A stretch of 56,672 bases of DNA, taken from positions 1 through 56,672 of the forward strand of contig JAMCXQ010000005.1 in the NCBI GenBank assembly GCA_023474835.1, read 5' to 3'. Shown one piece after another: positions 32,701 through 41,606 of the stretch. The translations under genes and the position numbers were made by a program. Origin of the DNA: Patescibacteria group bacterium. GTDB taxonomy: Bacteria > Patescibacteriota > Minisyncoccia > Minisyncoccales > CG1-02-41-26. The number at the start of each line of letters is the position of its first letter. Within the stretch, counting starts at the first letter, position 1. Below the pieces are notes generated by a model. The model was not told where the DNA came from, made no database searches, and worked only from the letters and a program-made list of their open reading frames with translations.

Positions 32701-34289
32701 ATTATGTTTACCAGGTTTCGGCATACGATGGCGCCAATAACGAGTCTGCCAAATCCGATCCGGTAACCGGCACAACAAAAAGCATAACAGACCAGCCCGG
32801 CGGTTCGCTGTTGTCTGACAATTTTGACGATAATGATATGGAAGGCTGGACTGTCGTTGATGAGGGCATCATCGTCAAGCCCTCCAAATGGTACGCCGGA
32901 AACGGCAAATTGCATCAGGACTCGGATATTTACGGCCCGGCCTATTCCGCCGCAGACCATCGCAAAGGCACTTTTGCTTACTGGAACAATCCGGCCGCTT
33001 TTGCCTGGAAAGATTACTCAATGGAGTATACTTTTAACACCACGGACATCGATGGCGTAGGGTTCATGTTTTATTACCAGGACAAAAGCAACTACTACAA
33101 AATAGACATTGACTATCAAAAGAAGTTTAGCAAACTTTTCTTGATGAAAAACGGAGTGGAAACCACCTTGGCAACTTCAAGCAAATACTATACCCGCTTT
33201 GTCGATCAAAACCTTAAAGTTTCCATAAACCAGGGGGCCATTACAGCCTCTCTGAACGGAGACGATATCTTTTCAACTGTTATCACGAATAACAGTTTAG
33301 CCCAGGGCACAGCGGCCATTTATTGCTGGGGCAGCGGGCCGATAACGTTTGACGATGTCAAAATCGTTCCGCAGGGAAGCGCGGTTGAAGCAGATACAAT
33401 TCCGCCCAGCAGGCCCACCGGGCTTTCTGCAGCGGTTTCATCAACGTCCACCATATCTTTGATTTGGACGCCTTCCACTGATAATATCGGGGTAGCGGGT
33501 TATAATATTTACCGCGATAATGTCAAAAAAGCCGAAAGCAGCAGCCCTTCATACACGGATATCGGTTTAACCGCCAGCACAACCTATGCTTACCAGGTTT
33601 CAGCATACGACGGGGCCAATAACGAATCAGTGAAATCCGATTTTGCCCAAGGGACTACCCTTGGTATCGTAAACAACGCCTTGAATATAGAGTTCAAGTT
33701 TGATGAAAATGCCGGGCTGGCAACCGCTGATACTGTTGGCGGCAATAATGGAATTTTAACCAACGGCCCTGTCTGGCAGACCGGCTTTTCCTGCCAGTCC
33801 GGTTCCTGCCTGCGGTTCGATGGCATAAACGATTATGTAAAAGTCAATGATAATGATAGTTTAAGCTTTTCCAATTTGACGGTTTCGGCCTGGGTAAAAT
33901 TCAATAAATTGGCGCTGTCAGGAATAGTCAGCAAGAGAAATTATTTGGGTTCGCAAGACGAATATAATCTTTTTTATAACGCGTCTAACAGGCATTTCAT
34001 TTTCAGGGTTGCGGGCAAGTCGGGGACAGGGCAATATGCTTACTATTCCATCAATCCAAGTTTGGATACCTGGTATCACATCGTGGGCACTTTTGACGGC
34101 GTCAATACTAAAATTTATGTTAACGGGGTTAAGGGGGTTGACGGAACGCCGAAAGCATCTTTAAACAACGGCACAGCCACCCTGAAGATAGGCTCCGTAG
34201 ATTCTGCTTACTTTTTCAACGGTTTGATTGACGATGTACGCATATACAATTACGCGCTTACTCCCCAGGAAATATCGCAGCTGCCATAA
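29736..34289 (+). CDS. 1517-aa secreted multidomain protein (heparinase II/III-like, FN3 repeats, LamG/concanavalin-like domains)
   Basis: N-terminal anchor and a consensus promoter upstream. SSHGDYDTNSFMIYRDGNLSADTGFYD is heparinase II/III-like. Three FN3-like repeats are present (..VAGYNVYRDNVK..YVYQVSAYDGANNES..). The C-terminal LamG-like part has LIDDVRIYNYALTPQEI. Confidence 0.75.
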   Translation: MDTKRIIAYSLAGICAIIAGVILWNNRAVVVKQIAQLPSKIFEASIVPATSSIVLDASKDGPIYGDPVGLQRVRDLETELHNMVIRPDHPRLFITKETLPTYQARVKMPQLAAYWANIKKAATSTNTNVPFVYDNMVNAAFAYLMLKDDNPAAAAVYSNIVINRLKTLNPTPWPLDNTNLKRNEVANMALAFDWVYSAMTPADRATIANKIGVAANIAVTAQGIRNGERIQGESFHREEWMDKYTLAYPTLALAGEFPDADFCFKAWWGYDWIVGDAVRTFAYLGDGSFPNDGYYEGPDGAEWLLLLKSATGINLVDGPKWSWAKKTADQFFYHTDFWDRKREIFHHGVLGECAVGLMTLFNYSSSFDPSKLQKEQGRGMALNMNSNPYYRWHLGNLLENKFDFGVGLNANISQIMFNDPAVSPKDPQGATYAELPMSLYMPDGNEVYMHSAWLPKSVIAGFRASPAFTKSSHGDYDTNSFMIYRDGNLSADTGFYDAYLGGQANTKHYQKITLSHNDILVIDPTRPQDFSQWAGMEDRGGVEHVSTKNFSASPATDGLRTVFALQPQANYSDIVKYESTPEYDYAVGEAAAAYGLGSKARLNEYYRNVAFLRKGTKAYMIVFDRIESVNKDAEKKWLMHFVSEPTVSGNKISEQVSGQVDAYDGDYTVARNVYNTSAVYVKTLLPVQHKIRRVGGTGFEFAVENANGTFTNWPVPQTQLAKYEARQGGPWQEGGTWRIELSPTTRQNRDYFLNVMYVGDAGETMVPVQYIEENGMAGVIINDPALPKNKILFTKTGDPNAVFTNSSVSADTILPAPISQLSYSGLTYNSVNLSWTAVGDDGNTGTATRYDLRYSKSAITSSNFDSALNVNSAPTPKPAGQTEIMLLTGLEPLTTYYVAVRAIDDYNNKGGISNVVSFATPAVPSDTQPPAKPLGLKATAQLSTAILLSWAASTDNTSVAGYNVYRDNVKIASVGNPYFTDSGLAASTDYVYQVSAYDGANNESAKSDPVTGTTKSITDQPGGSLLSDNFDDNDMEGWTVVDEGIIVKPSKWYAGNGKLHQDSDIYGPAYSAADHRKGTFAYWNNPAAFAWKDYSMEYTFNTTDIDGVGFMFYYQDKSNYYKIDIDYQKKFSKLFLMKNGVETTLATSSKYYTRFVDQNLKVSINQGAITASLNGDDIFSTVITNNSLAQGTAAIYCWGSGPITFDDVKIVPQGSAVEADTIPPSRPTGLSAAVSSTSTISLIWTPSTDNIGVAGYNIYRDNVKKAESSSPSYTDIGLTASTTYAYQVSAYDGANNESVKSDFAQGTTLGIVNNALNIEFKFDENAGLATADTVGGNNGILTNGPVWQTGFSCQSGSCLRFDGINDYVKVNDNDSLSFSNLTVSAWVKFNKLALSGIVSKRNYLGSQDEYNLFYNASNRHFIFRVAGKSGTGQYAYYSINPSLDTWYHIVGTFDGVNTKIYVNGVKGVDGTPKASLNNGTATLKIGSVDSAYFFNGLIDDVRIYNYALTPQEISQLP

Positions 34290-34373
34290 ATTATCGGGAA
34301 TGTGATTTTTGAAATCCGTAAAAAAGCGGAACATTATAAGCAAAGGTCGGAGAATAATAACAGCAAAAGCAAT

Positions 34374-34835
34374 ATGGCAAAAAAAGCAATTGTTTGGCTG
34401 GCAGTGTTTGCGGGTTTGGCTGTTGCGTCAATTGCGCTTGTCCAGACTTCAACCAGCCAGGCGGCGACATCTTCCGTTTCCGCGGCAGCTTCAAGCACTG
34501 CGGCAAAAATTGCCTGCGTGGGAGCGGCGGTTAACGCTCGCGAGCAAGCAATAGGCGCGGCAATGACAACTTATACGGTTGCTGTCAACGCGTCTTACAG
34601 CACCCGCGCAGCAGCTCTCCAGCAGGCATACGCGCAGACAACTTCGAAAGGCGTGAAAGCGGCCGTGAAAACGGCCTGGTCCGCTTTCAAAATATCAATG
34701 CAAAGCGCCCGCAAGGCCTGGCAAACAAGCCGCAACGCAAGCTGGGCAAGTTTCAGAAAAGCCGCGGCTGCCTGCAAGGCGCCTGTGGGGGTCAGCGACA
34801 GCGGAAATTCCGGCTTAGAGGCATCCGGCCAGTAA
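34374..34835 (+). CDS. secreted Ala-rich helical protein
   Basis: Start set at MAKKAIVWLAVFAGLAVASIALVQ (signal peptide). A terminator lies downstream. Confidence 0.55.
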   Translation: MAKKAIVWLAVFAGLAVASIALVQTSTSQAATSSVSAAASSTAAKIACVGAAVNAREQAIGAAMTTYTVAVNASYSTRAAALQQAYAQTTSKGVKAAVKTAWSAFKISMQSARKAWQTSRNASWASFRKAAAACKAPVGVSDSGNSGLEASGQ

Positions 34836-34854
34836 AAGCCCAAAACATAATCAA

Positions 34855-34885
34855 AAAAGAGGGGATTCATCCTCTTTTTTGTTTT
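34855..34885 (+). terminator. rho-independent terminator AAGAGGGGATTCATCCTCTT plus T-run
   Basis: Hairpin followed by TTTTTTGTTTT, directly after the stop at 34835. Confidence 0.65.
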
Positions 34886-34952
34886 GGCAATTTTTGGTAT
34901 AGTGTATTAAGCTGTTTGAGACAAATGAATTGAATTTACACAATTTCAAAAT

Positions 34953-35316
34953 GTGGCTCTAAAAATCAATAAAAATAAATTTGAGATTTTTTTGGAGGTT
35001 GTGGAAGAATTGAACAGCCGTTTTAATATTGTTCCTGTTCTTTACGGTTCGCTGGGGCTTTATCGGCGAATAGGGGAATTTGGGAAATCAAACGATGTTG
35101 ATATTTTGGTTCCCAGTAGTTTGATTAACGAAAAGTGGAAAGAGCTTGTTAAACTTAAAAGTAAAATTCAGGCAGCTTTTGCCCGAGCAGTATCTTTTAG
35201 TTTATAAATTTATGCTTCGGGACAACTATCGGCAGGAAAAGCGGGGAAGCGCCGATAAGGAGAAAATTGTATTAATTGAAAAGTTTCTCTATGGCAAGGT
35301 CTGTGCAAAAAATTAA
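34953..35316 (+). pseudogene. nucleotidyltransferase-fold gene with internal deletion
   Basis: The N-terminal 84 aa carry YGSLGL..NDVDILV (the GS..DxD NTase hallmark). A stop follows, then a separate 34-codon tail frame (MLRDNYRQEKRGSADKEKIVLIEKFLYGKVCAKN*). The middle of the gene is missing. Confidence 0.45.
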
Positions 35317-35331
35317 ACAATCGTAAAAGAT

Positions 35332-35955
35332 ATGAAAAACAAAACAATAACAATTATCGTTTTAATCATTTTGGTTGTTGTTTTGGCAGTGTCAATTAGC
35401 GTTTATTTTATCAAGCGAACGCCGGCGGTAAATCAAAAAGGAACAAAAAGCGGCGCGGAAGCGGGCAACCAAGCAAATGCCGGACAGCCGCAAAATAAGC
35501 TGATAACCGATGATTTTTCAGTTAATCTTCCCGCGGGCTGGAAACAGACAGCTCCTGCTATCGGGGCTTCGGCAATGGCCGTTTACGCGGATGAGAATAT
35601 CGCTGACCCGCAAGTTCAAAAAATAAATTTCAAAAGCTATTTCGCGGTGAGCTACGACACCCTTCAGGGGAAAAGTATGAACGATTATCTGCAAATCGTT
35701 AAAAACGGGCTTTTGCAAACCATTCCAAACGTTATTTTCACCAAAGAGCAGGATATAATGATAGGCGGCAGACCCGCCCGAGCGATGGAGGCGGAATTAA
35801 CCCAGCAGGGGGTAAATTTCAAGATTTTGATGGTGGTAATTGCCGGGCAAGGAGAAGATGTTTGGGTTCTGTCTTTTAACACAACCAAGGGCAGTTGGGA
35901 CGGATATAAAGAAATGTTTTATAATATAGCCGGCAGCTTTAGTTTGAAAAAGTAG
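35332..35955 (+). CDS. membrane-anchored extracytoplasmic protein, unknown function
   Basis: N-terminal TM helix and a soluble alpha/beta-like domain. A paralogous fragment lies at 29517-29622. Confidence 0.6.
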   Translation: MKNKTITIIVLIILVVVLAVSISVYFIKRTPAVNQKGTKSGAEAGNQANAGQPQNKLITDDFSVNLPAGWKQTAPAIGASAMAVYADENIADPQVQKINFKSYFAVSYDTLQGKSMNDYLQIVKNGLLQTIPNVIFTKEQDIMIGGRPARAMEAELTQQGVNFKILMVVIAGQGEDVWVLSFNTTKGSWDGYKEMFYNIAGSFSLKK

Positions 35956-36021
35956 TTGACGAGTATACAATAAAATTAAAAAGAAGTATAATTGTCAAAG
36001 GGAACGGAAATATCGCTGAAT

Positions 36022-37266
36022 ATGTTTGATAAAAAAGGCAAAGAAAAAAAGGTTTTGGAATCTTCGGGCAATATCATTTTAAAGTCCCGAAACGCTGTCC
36101 AAATTGGCGAAACACCCGCCAAAATAGTTTTGGGAAAAGAAAATTTCTCTGTTTTCCCTGAAAACCAGGGAATTTATTTGTTTTCTTATCGGGAGGTTAT
36201 TGATTTAATCCCCGCGGATTACCAGTTAAAACTTCTGTTCGACAAAAAAGAGCTGGTTATTTCCAAGCTTGGCTACCAATACGAAGATTTTGTGAGAATT
36301 TTCGTTAAATTGCGCAATGAAACAATTTTGAAAGACCTTTTGTTTCAGGAAACCCTGAAAAAAGCGGGGCTGGAGGCGGAGTTTTCTTATTTTGGCGCCG
36401 GGGGCGCCTTAAAACAGCAGGGGAAGGCGGAATTCAGGTTTTACCAAACCTCTTTGGCTGTTTTGCCCGAAAGCGGGGAGCTGATAAAGATTCCTTTGAG
36501 CGACGTTTCGGAAACGAAAACCGATAATTTCCAGATTGAAATCAGCATGGAAGGGGGCGAGAAAATCGTTATTGCCAAATTGGGAGAAAAATTTGATTTG
36601 TTTAAAGAAGCTTTGCGGGGCTGCCTTAACGAGCTTTCTTTGAACGTTCAGAATTTTGTTAAAGGGATTTGGCCGGAAATTGATTTTTCAGCTTTGAATG
36701 AAATTTCCCTACTGATAAAGGAAGGAAAAGCAACGAGCAAAAAAGCCATTGAAGCGGTTTCTCCTGATCTTTTCAAAAAACTGGAAGCGGCGCTAATGAA
36801 AACCGAAGTAAAAGAAGAATACGGTTTTTTGAAATCGCAGGGCAAGCAGGATAAAAGTGATATCGGTTTCAAAAAGGGGCTGATGGGCAAGCTAACCGGC
36901 GATTATTTTTGGTTTTTCATTCCCGTTTGCGGCAATGCCGTTGCCTTTGAAACAGCCGGCGAAAAAGAAACCGGCAGAGCGACCTATTTTTTCAGAGCGG
37001 GAGCAGCCAGCCAGACAGACGATTTAATTAAAAAAATCAACAGGGGCCTTTCGGCGATTAATTTCAGGAGAGAGCCGATTTATCTGCCCGAAGAAAAGCT
37101 GGAAGAGCCTGAATACGCCAAATATAAATTTTCCATGGCGAAAATTCCGGAAATCAAACTGATGAGAGAGCTTTTTATCGGCCGGATTATTCATAAAGAC
37201 GACAAACAATGGCAGGCGGACGTGAAAAAATTGCTTGAATTTAACGTTAAAGGTCGGGTTATTTAA
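36022..37266 (+). CDS. hypothetical cytoplasmic protein
   Basis: Long ORF. ATG at 36022 is preferred over the TTG at 35992. No family recognised. Confidence 0.55.
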   Translation: MFDKKGKEKKVLESSGNIILKSRNAVQIGETPAKIVLGKENFSVFPENQGIYLFSYREVIDLIPADYQLKLLFDKKELVISKLGYQYEDFVRIFVKLRNETILKDLLFQETLKKAGLEAEFSYFGAGGALKQQGKAEFRFYQTSLAVLPESGELIKIPLSDVSETKTDNFQIEISMEGGEKIVIAKLGEKFDLFKEALRGCLNELSLNVQNFVKGIWPEIDFSALNEISLLIKEGKATSKKAIEAVSPDLFKKLEAALMKTEVKEEYGFLKSQGKQDKSDIGFKKGLMGKLTGDYFWFFIPVCGNAVAFETAGEKETGRATYFFRAGAASQTDDLIKKINRGLSAINFRREPIYLPEEKLEEPEYAKYKFSMAKIPEIKLMRELFIGRIIHKDDKQWQADVKKLLEFNVKGRVI

Positions 37267-37349
37267 TAAAGAGGAGCCGCAGAGTTTTCCATGTTTTCCA
37301 TAACCAATGGCAGGCTCGGATTGAAAAGCTCCGCGTTTCCTCAATAAAT

Positions 37350-37808
37350 ATGCATTCAAAAGGTCTTTTAGCCACGATTATAATAATCATCGCCATTGCG
37401 GTTGTTGTTGTGATTTTATGGAGGGGCGGATTTCTGTGGAAAGGCGCTGAAGAAACAATGCCTGTTTCTCCCACGTCAACCGAGGGGGCAGTAATGCCGC
37501 CAGCCGAAGACGAGGGGCAAACCAACGGAGGAGCGGGCGGACAAACAACAGCAGTAACGGGAGGCGACACCGGCAAGGTGACCGACGATATCTATGTGGA
37601 GATATTGGCCCAGAGTTCAACGCTGCAAGTGCAGACCGACCCAAAGGGTTGGGCCGCGCATATGAAGGATTTATACGCGCAATACGGCATAACCGAAGAG
37701 AACATCAGGGCCTATGGGGAGGAATTAGCCAAAGATCCCCAGCGCGCCCAGGAAGTTTCGCAAAGGTATATGCAACGGGCTTTGGAGCTGCGGCAAGCCG
37801 GACAATAA
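37350..37808 (+). CDS. membrane-anchored hypothetical protein
   Basis: N-terminal TM helix (LLATIIIIIAIAVVVVILW), a low-complexity linker and a helical C-terminal domain. Confidence 0.55.
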   Translation: MHSKGLLATIIIIIAIAVVVVILWRGGFLWKGAEETMPVSPTSTEGAVMPPAEDEGQTNGGAGGQTTAVTGGDTGKVTDDIYVEILAQSSTLQVQTDPKGWAAHMKDLYAQYGITEENIRAYGEELAKDPQRAQEVSQRYMQRALELRQAGQ

Positions 37809-37819
37809 TTTTTCGGTTC

Positions 37820-37871
37820 AGGAACAGGATGCGCCGGTTTTTCCGGCGTATCCTGTTCCTTAAAATTTTTT
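37820..37871 (+). terminator. 18-bp hairpin AGGAACAGGATGCGCCGG/CCGGCGTATCCTGTTCCT followed by T-rich tail
   Basis: 17 Watson-Crick pairs plus one G-U pair, with a TTTTT loop. It lies 12 nt after the stop at 37808. Confidence 0.65.
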
Positions 37872-37891
37872 GGCGACATTTTTCAAACAAT

Positions 37892-40084
37892 ATGACAACA
37901 AAAATAAAAATTTATTTGGCTTGCGCGGCTGTGCTTGCCGGCGGCCTATTGGGTAATTTCGTTTTTGCCCAGCAGGCCCTGCCTTCGGGCGGCGGGGATT
38001 TTACGCAAGCGGCGGCAATCGGGTATGGGGCATACCAGGGTACGCTTGCTCCGGGAGCTGACTTTTATTACCAAACAGAAGTAAAAACCGGCCAGGAAAT
38101 AAATATTAAAGGCGGTTTCGGCTTGGCGGGAGGTGAAAATATGTATTCGTGGGGCAATGTGTACGTTTATGACAAAAACAAACAGGAATTGTTCAGCGAA
38201 TACGGCGCAGGGGGAACAATGGGGCCTTGGTTGAGCAAGTCCGACCAGATTTTGTATATTAGAATGTTAAACGAACAAACCGAAGACATCCTTACTTATG
38301 ATTTGGAAATTACCCTGCAGAACCGTTTTGACGCAGCCAGCCAGACCGACGCGGGCGACACTTTTGAAAAGGCACTTCCGATTGCTTTTGGCAGCTATAC
38401 CGGATATCTGGCCGGCGTGAGCGTTATGCAGACGCCGTACGGAGACGATTTCAGGGATTATTATAAAATTTCAGTGAAAAAAGGAATATCTTACGAATTT
38501 AAATTAACGCCGTTGTCAGCCGAAGACGAAGCCATACTGGAATTATACAACGCAAACAGGGAATTAATAGATGAAAAAACTTCTCCAAACAAAGGGGCTG
38601 TTGCTTCTTTGTCGCTGACGCCCCAGGCCAATACCAGTGTTTATCTGGCTGTTGGCTGCGGTTATAAGGCCGGAATTTTCAGCTACAAACTGGAAGCCAA
38701 ATCTTCGGCTGTTTTAACGAAATTCTATAACTGCAAAGACAGCGTTTGCGGGTTTGCCGGAAGCTATTCTTCTTTGCAGGAATGCCAGCAGGCAACTGCA
38801 AAAGCCTGCTATCAAACTTCGGATTGCGCCGGAAAGTGCAAGGGGGCTGAGCCGGTTGCCTGCTCTTCGGATTCCGATTGTCCGGCAGATTATCCTTCCT
38901 GTGTAGGCGGCAAGTGCGTTGATATGGGAGAAAAACCCCCTGTCGGCGTTTGCCAAAGCGAATGCAACTCGGGGCAGACAAAATGTTTTGATAATTTTAA
39001 TTACTATAAATGCGGCGATTACAACAAAGATGGCTGTTTTGAATGGGCTTCACCGGTTTACTGCGGCGAAGGTAATAAATGCGCCAGCGGAAAATGCGCC
39101 AAAGCGCAGGGATGCCAGTGTTCGCAGTGGCAGGGCGCGGAATGCGGAGCTTCCGGGTGCGCGCAAGATCAAACGGCCGAAACCAGAATTTGCGCGCCAG
39201 CCGCCTGTGATATTGAAAAAATATGCCAAAGCGACGCTTCCTGCCAAATTATGCCTCCGCCCCTTCCGCCCTCCGGCATTGATGTTGGCACGGGCACGGG
39301 GGCAGGCTGGTTCAAATCGTTTCGCAGCGGTTTTAATGTTTGGCATTGGTTCGGCGGGTTTTATATAATTTTTTGGATTTTAATTTACGTGTACTCGTCC
39401 TTTTGCCTGCAAACTTTGGCCAGGAAAACAGGCACAAAAGACGGCTGGATGGCCTGGGTGCCGTTTGCCAATATCTTTCTGGCGCTTCGCATCGCCCAAA
39501 AACCATTGTGGTGGTTCATATTGGTTTTGATTTCAATCGTTAACATCGTTGTTGGAGTTATCGTCTGGATGAAAATAGCCGAAAGAAGGGGCAAACCGGA
39601 CTGGTGGGGGATTTTAATGATTATTCCGGTTGTCAACATTGTTGTTCTTGGCTGTTTGGCGTTTTCCAACGGCTCGGGCGGCGGGCAAAAAACAGCGCCT
39701 GCCCCGTATGCGGAACAGGCAGGAGGAACGCAGGAAGCGAATAAGCCGGTTGTCGGCTATAAACACGCCTGCAAATACTGCGATAAACTGATTCCGCCCA
39801 ACTCCAACATTTGCCCTTTTTGCAAAAAGTCAAATCCCCTGGGGCCTTGTCGCTGCCCCAAGTGCCGCGAACCAATAGAAAAAGAGTGGCAGGTATGCGC
39901 GAAGTGCAACCAGGATTTGCGCATTGTCTGCCCTTTTTGCAAAAAGGTTACTTTTTTCGGCGACCATTGCGAGGACTGCGGCGCCCGGCTTTTAATAACT
40001 TGCCCTAATTGCGGCCAGGAACAGCCGCCCTTGGGCGACAAGTGCATCAAGTGCGGCCAGGCGCTTGAGAAGCCGGATAAGTAA
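37892..40084 (+). CDS. 730-aa membrane protein: secreted N-terminal domains, Cys-rich module, polytopic segment, cytoplasmic tandem zinc ribbons
   Basis: Start set at MTTKIKIYLACAAVLAGG (signal peptide), because the track's upstream extension crosses a terminator and the previous gene. The C-terminus has CKYC..CPFC, CRCPKC..CAKC, CPFC..CEDC and CPNC..CIKC. Confidence 0.65.
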   Translation: MTTKIKIYLACAAVLAGGLLGNFVFAQQALPSGGGDFTQAAAIGYGAYQGTLAPGADFYYQTEVKTGQEINIKGGFGLAGGENMYSWGNVYVYDKNKQELFSEYGAGGTMGPWLSKSDQILYIRMLNEQTEDILTYDLEITLQNRFDAASQTDAGDTFEKALPIAFGSYTGYLAGVSVMQTPYGDDFRDYYKISVKKGISYEFKLTPLSAEDEAILELYNANRELIDEKTSPNKGAVASLSLTPQANTSVYLAVGCGYKAGIFSYKLEAKSSAVLTKFYNCKDSVCGFAGSYSSLQECQQATAKACYQTSDCAGKCKGAEPVACSSDSDCPADYPSCVGGKCVDMGEKPPVGVCQSECNSGQTKCFDNFNYYKCGDYNKDGCFEWASPVYCGEGNKCASGKCAKAQGCQCSQWQGAECGASGCAQDQTAETRICAPAACDIEKICQSDASCQIMPPPLPPSGIDVGTGTGAGWFKSFRSGFNVWHWFGGFYIIFWILIYVYSSFCLQTLARKTGTKDGWMAWVPFANIFLALRIAQKPLWWFILVLISIVNIVVGVIVWMKIAERRGKPDWWGILMIIPVVNIVVLGCLAFSNGSGGGQKTAPAPYAEQAGGTQEANKPVVGYKHACKYCDKLIPPNSNICPFCKKSNPLGPCRCPKCREPIEKEWQVCAKCNQDLRIVCPFCKKVTFFGDHCEDCGARLLITCPNCGQEQPPLGDKCIKCGQALEKPDK

Positions 40085-40126
40085 TAATTTCGTAATTTAG
40101 AAATTAAAAATTAAAAATTTTAGCAT

Positions 40127-40795
40127 ATGGCTTTACAACCTTTTACCGACAATTTCGCCGACAATTCAACGGAAGCGGGGTTCCAGTTCACTTTCTTTTG
40201 CGCCATCTGCAAAGAGGGCTACAAAACAAAGTTCATCGCCTCAAAATCATACAGCAAAGGCAGGTTTTTGAAGGGGCTTGGCGGAATTTTGGGGGCGGCC
40301 GCCCAGATAGCGGGCAGATCGGGCATTGGCTACGGGATTGAAAAGGGAACCGACGTCGTCAGTGAAAGATTTTCCGGTATGTCTCCGGAATGGCAAAAAG
40401 AGCACGACGCGGCTTTTGAAAGCGCCCAGGTTGAAGCAAAGGCGCATTTTTTCCGCTGTCCAAAATGCACCGCATGGGTTTGTGAAAACGACTGGAACGA
40501 ACAGGAAGGCCTTTGCACAAGCTGCGGCCCAAGGGAAGCCGTTGAAGTGGCTTCGGCCAGAGCGAAGAAAAAATCCAAGGATATTGCGGCCAAAGCCGAG
40601 GCAACCCAGGTTTTCACCGGCCCCATAGAAAGCAAACAAACCCTGTGCCCGGCCTGCGGGAAACCGGCCGGAACAGGCAAATTCTGTATAAACTGCGGGA
40701 CTTCTTTGAAGCTGGTTGAATGCGCGAAATGCGGAGCGAAAAATCTGGCGGGTACCGGCTTTTGCGGCGAATGCGGGAAAAAGCTTTCAAAATAA
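40127..40795 (+). CDS. zinc-ribbon-rich protein
   Basis: CAIC, CPKC..WVC..CTSC, CPAC..CINC and CAKC..CGEC pairs. Confidence 0.6.
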   Translation: MALQPFTDNFADNSTEAGFQFTFFCAICKEGYKTKFIASKSYSKGRFLKGLGGILGAAAQIAGRSGIGYGIEKGTDVVSERFSGMSPEWQKEHDAAFESAQVEAKAHFFRCPKCTAWVCENDWNEQEGLCTSCGPREAVEVASARAKKKSKDIAAKAEATQVFTGPIESKQTLCPACGKPAGTGKFCINCGTSLKLVECAKCGAKNLAGTGFCGECGKKLSK

Positions 40796-40832
40796 ATTTC
40801 CAATTTACATTAGCTCTAATGGCAAATTTGCG

Positions 40833-40866
40833 GCAGGCGGGGAGAGTCCCCGCCTGCTTTATTTTC
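40833..40866 (+). terminator. rho-independent terminator GCAGGCGGGGA-GAG-TCCCCGCCTGC plus TTTATTTT
   Basis: 11-bp perfect GC-rich stem followed by a T-rich tail. Confidence 0.75.
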
Positions 40867-40922
40867 ATTATTTTTCAGTTTGATTTGTGAATTAAATTTG
40901 GTAAAATGATAGAATATAAAAT

Positions 40923-41516
40923 ATGGCAAAAGTAGAAATTCTGGTTAAAGGTTACGCAAAAGAAAAAAACGGGGAAGAGTTTGCTTCCTCCGCAGTTACT
41001 TTAATTCAGGAAAATAATCTGAATATGATTGTTGACCCCGGAATGGACAGGGGAGCGTTGTTAGCTGGTTTAGTAGGGGCGGGATTAAAACAAGAAGATA
41101 TCAATTTTGTCATTGTGACCCATACTCATTTAGACCACTCTCTTTTGGCTGGTATTTTTGAAAATGCTGAAATTTTAGACGATAGCAATGTGTATTTTTT
41201 TGACGGCAAGATAGCTGGGCACGAAGGCAAAATTCCGAATACCGGCATAGAAATTATTAAAACACCCGGACATGGCCAATTCCATTGTTCTGTTTTGGTG
41301 GAAACAGAGAATTTGGGTAAAGTGGTTATTGCCGGCGATGTGTTTTGGTGGCTAGATGAAGAAGAACAAAAAACAGACAAACAAAGTTTATTGGAGCATA
41401 AAGACCCTTATGTAAAAGACGAAAAAGCATTAAAGGAGAGCAGAGAAAAAATTCTAAATCTGGCCGGCTATATTGTTCCCGGGCATGGCGAGATGTTTAA
41501 GGTTGGAAAAACGTAA
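40923..41516 (+). CDS. MBL-fold metallo-hydrolase
   Basis: VIVTHTHLDHS (HxHxDH), TPGH, and a later GHG. Confidence 0.75.
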   Translation: MAKVEILVKGYAKEKNGEEFASSAVTLIQENNLNMIVDPGMDRGALLAGLVGAGLKQEDINFVIVTHTHLDHSLLAGIFENAEILDDSNVYFFDGKIAGHEGKIPNTGIEIIKTPGHGQFHCSVLVETENLGKVVIAGDVFWWLDEEEQKTDKQSLLEHKDPYVKDEKALKESREKILNLAGYIVPGHGEMFKVGKT

Positions 41517-41526
41517 AATGACAAAG

Positions 41527-41576
41527 CCGGTTAAATTAAAACTGCAAAAAACAATCAGAGTTAAGCCGGCAAAGCC
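41527..41576 (+). repeat. 50-nt direct repeat, left copy, flanking pyrD-pyrK
   Basis: 44 of 50 nt are identical to 43364-43413. It lies inside a 27-codon ORF (41518-41601, MTKPVKLKLQKTIRVKPAKPRVRFQYQ*). Confidence 0.6.
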
Positions 41577-41606
41577 GAGGGTTCGATTTCAATATCAATA
41601 AAATTG

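Noticed and set aside
32500-33650. Two similar ~190-nt segments inside the 1517-aa protein gene, considered as a possible DGR template/variable repeat pair
   Set aside because: They are in-frame FN3 domain duplicates (..VAGYNVYRDNVK..YQVSAYDGANNES..). The differences are not adenine-specific, and no reverse transcriptase is present.
37649-37891. N-terminal extension of the 811-aa track ORF
   Set aside because: It overlaps the preceding gene and reads through the 18-bp terminator hairpin at 37820-37860. A proper signal peptide begins at the ATG at 37892.
40247-40868. Cluster of overlapping ORFs on both strands over the zinc-ribbon gene
   Set aside because: The region is GC-rich and naturally lacks stop codons. 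Only the 40127-40795 frame shows the regular CxxC pairs, an ATG start and a terminator.
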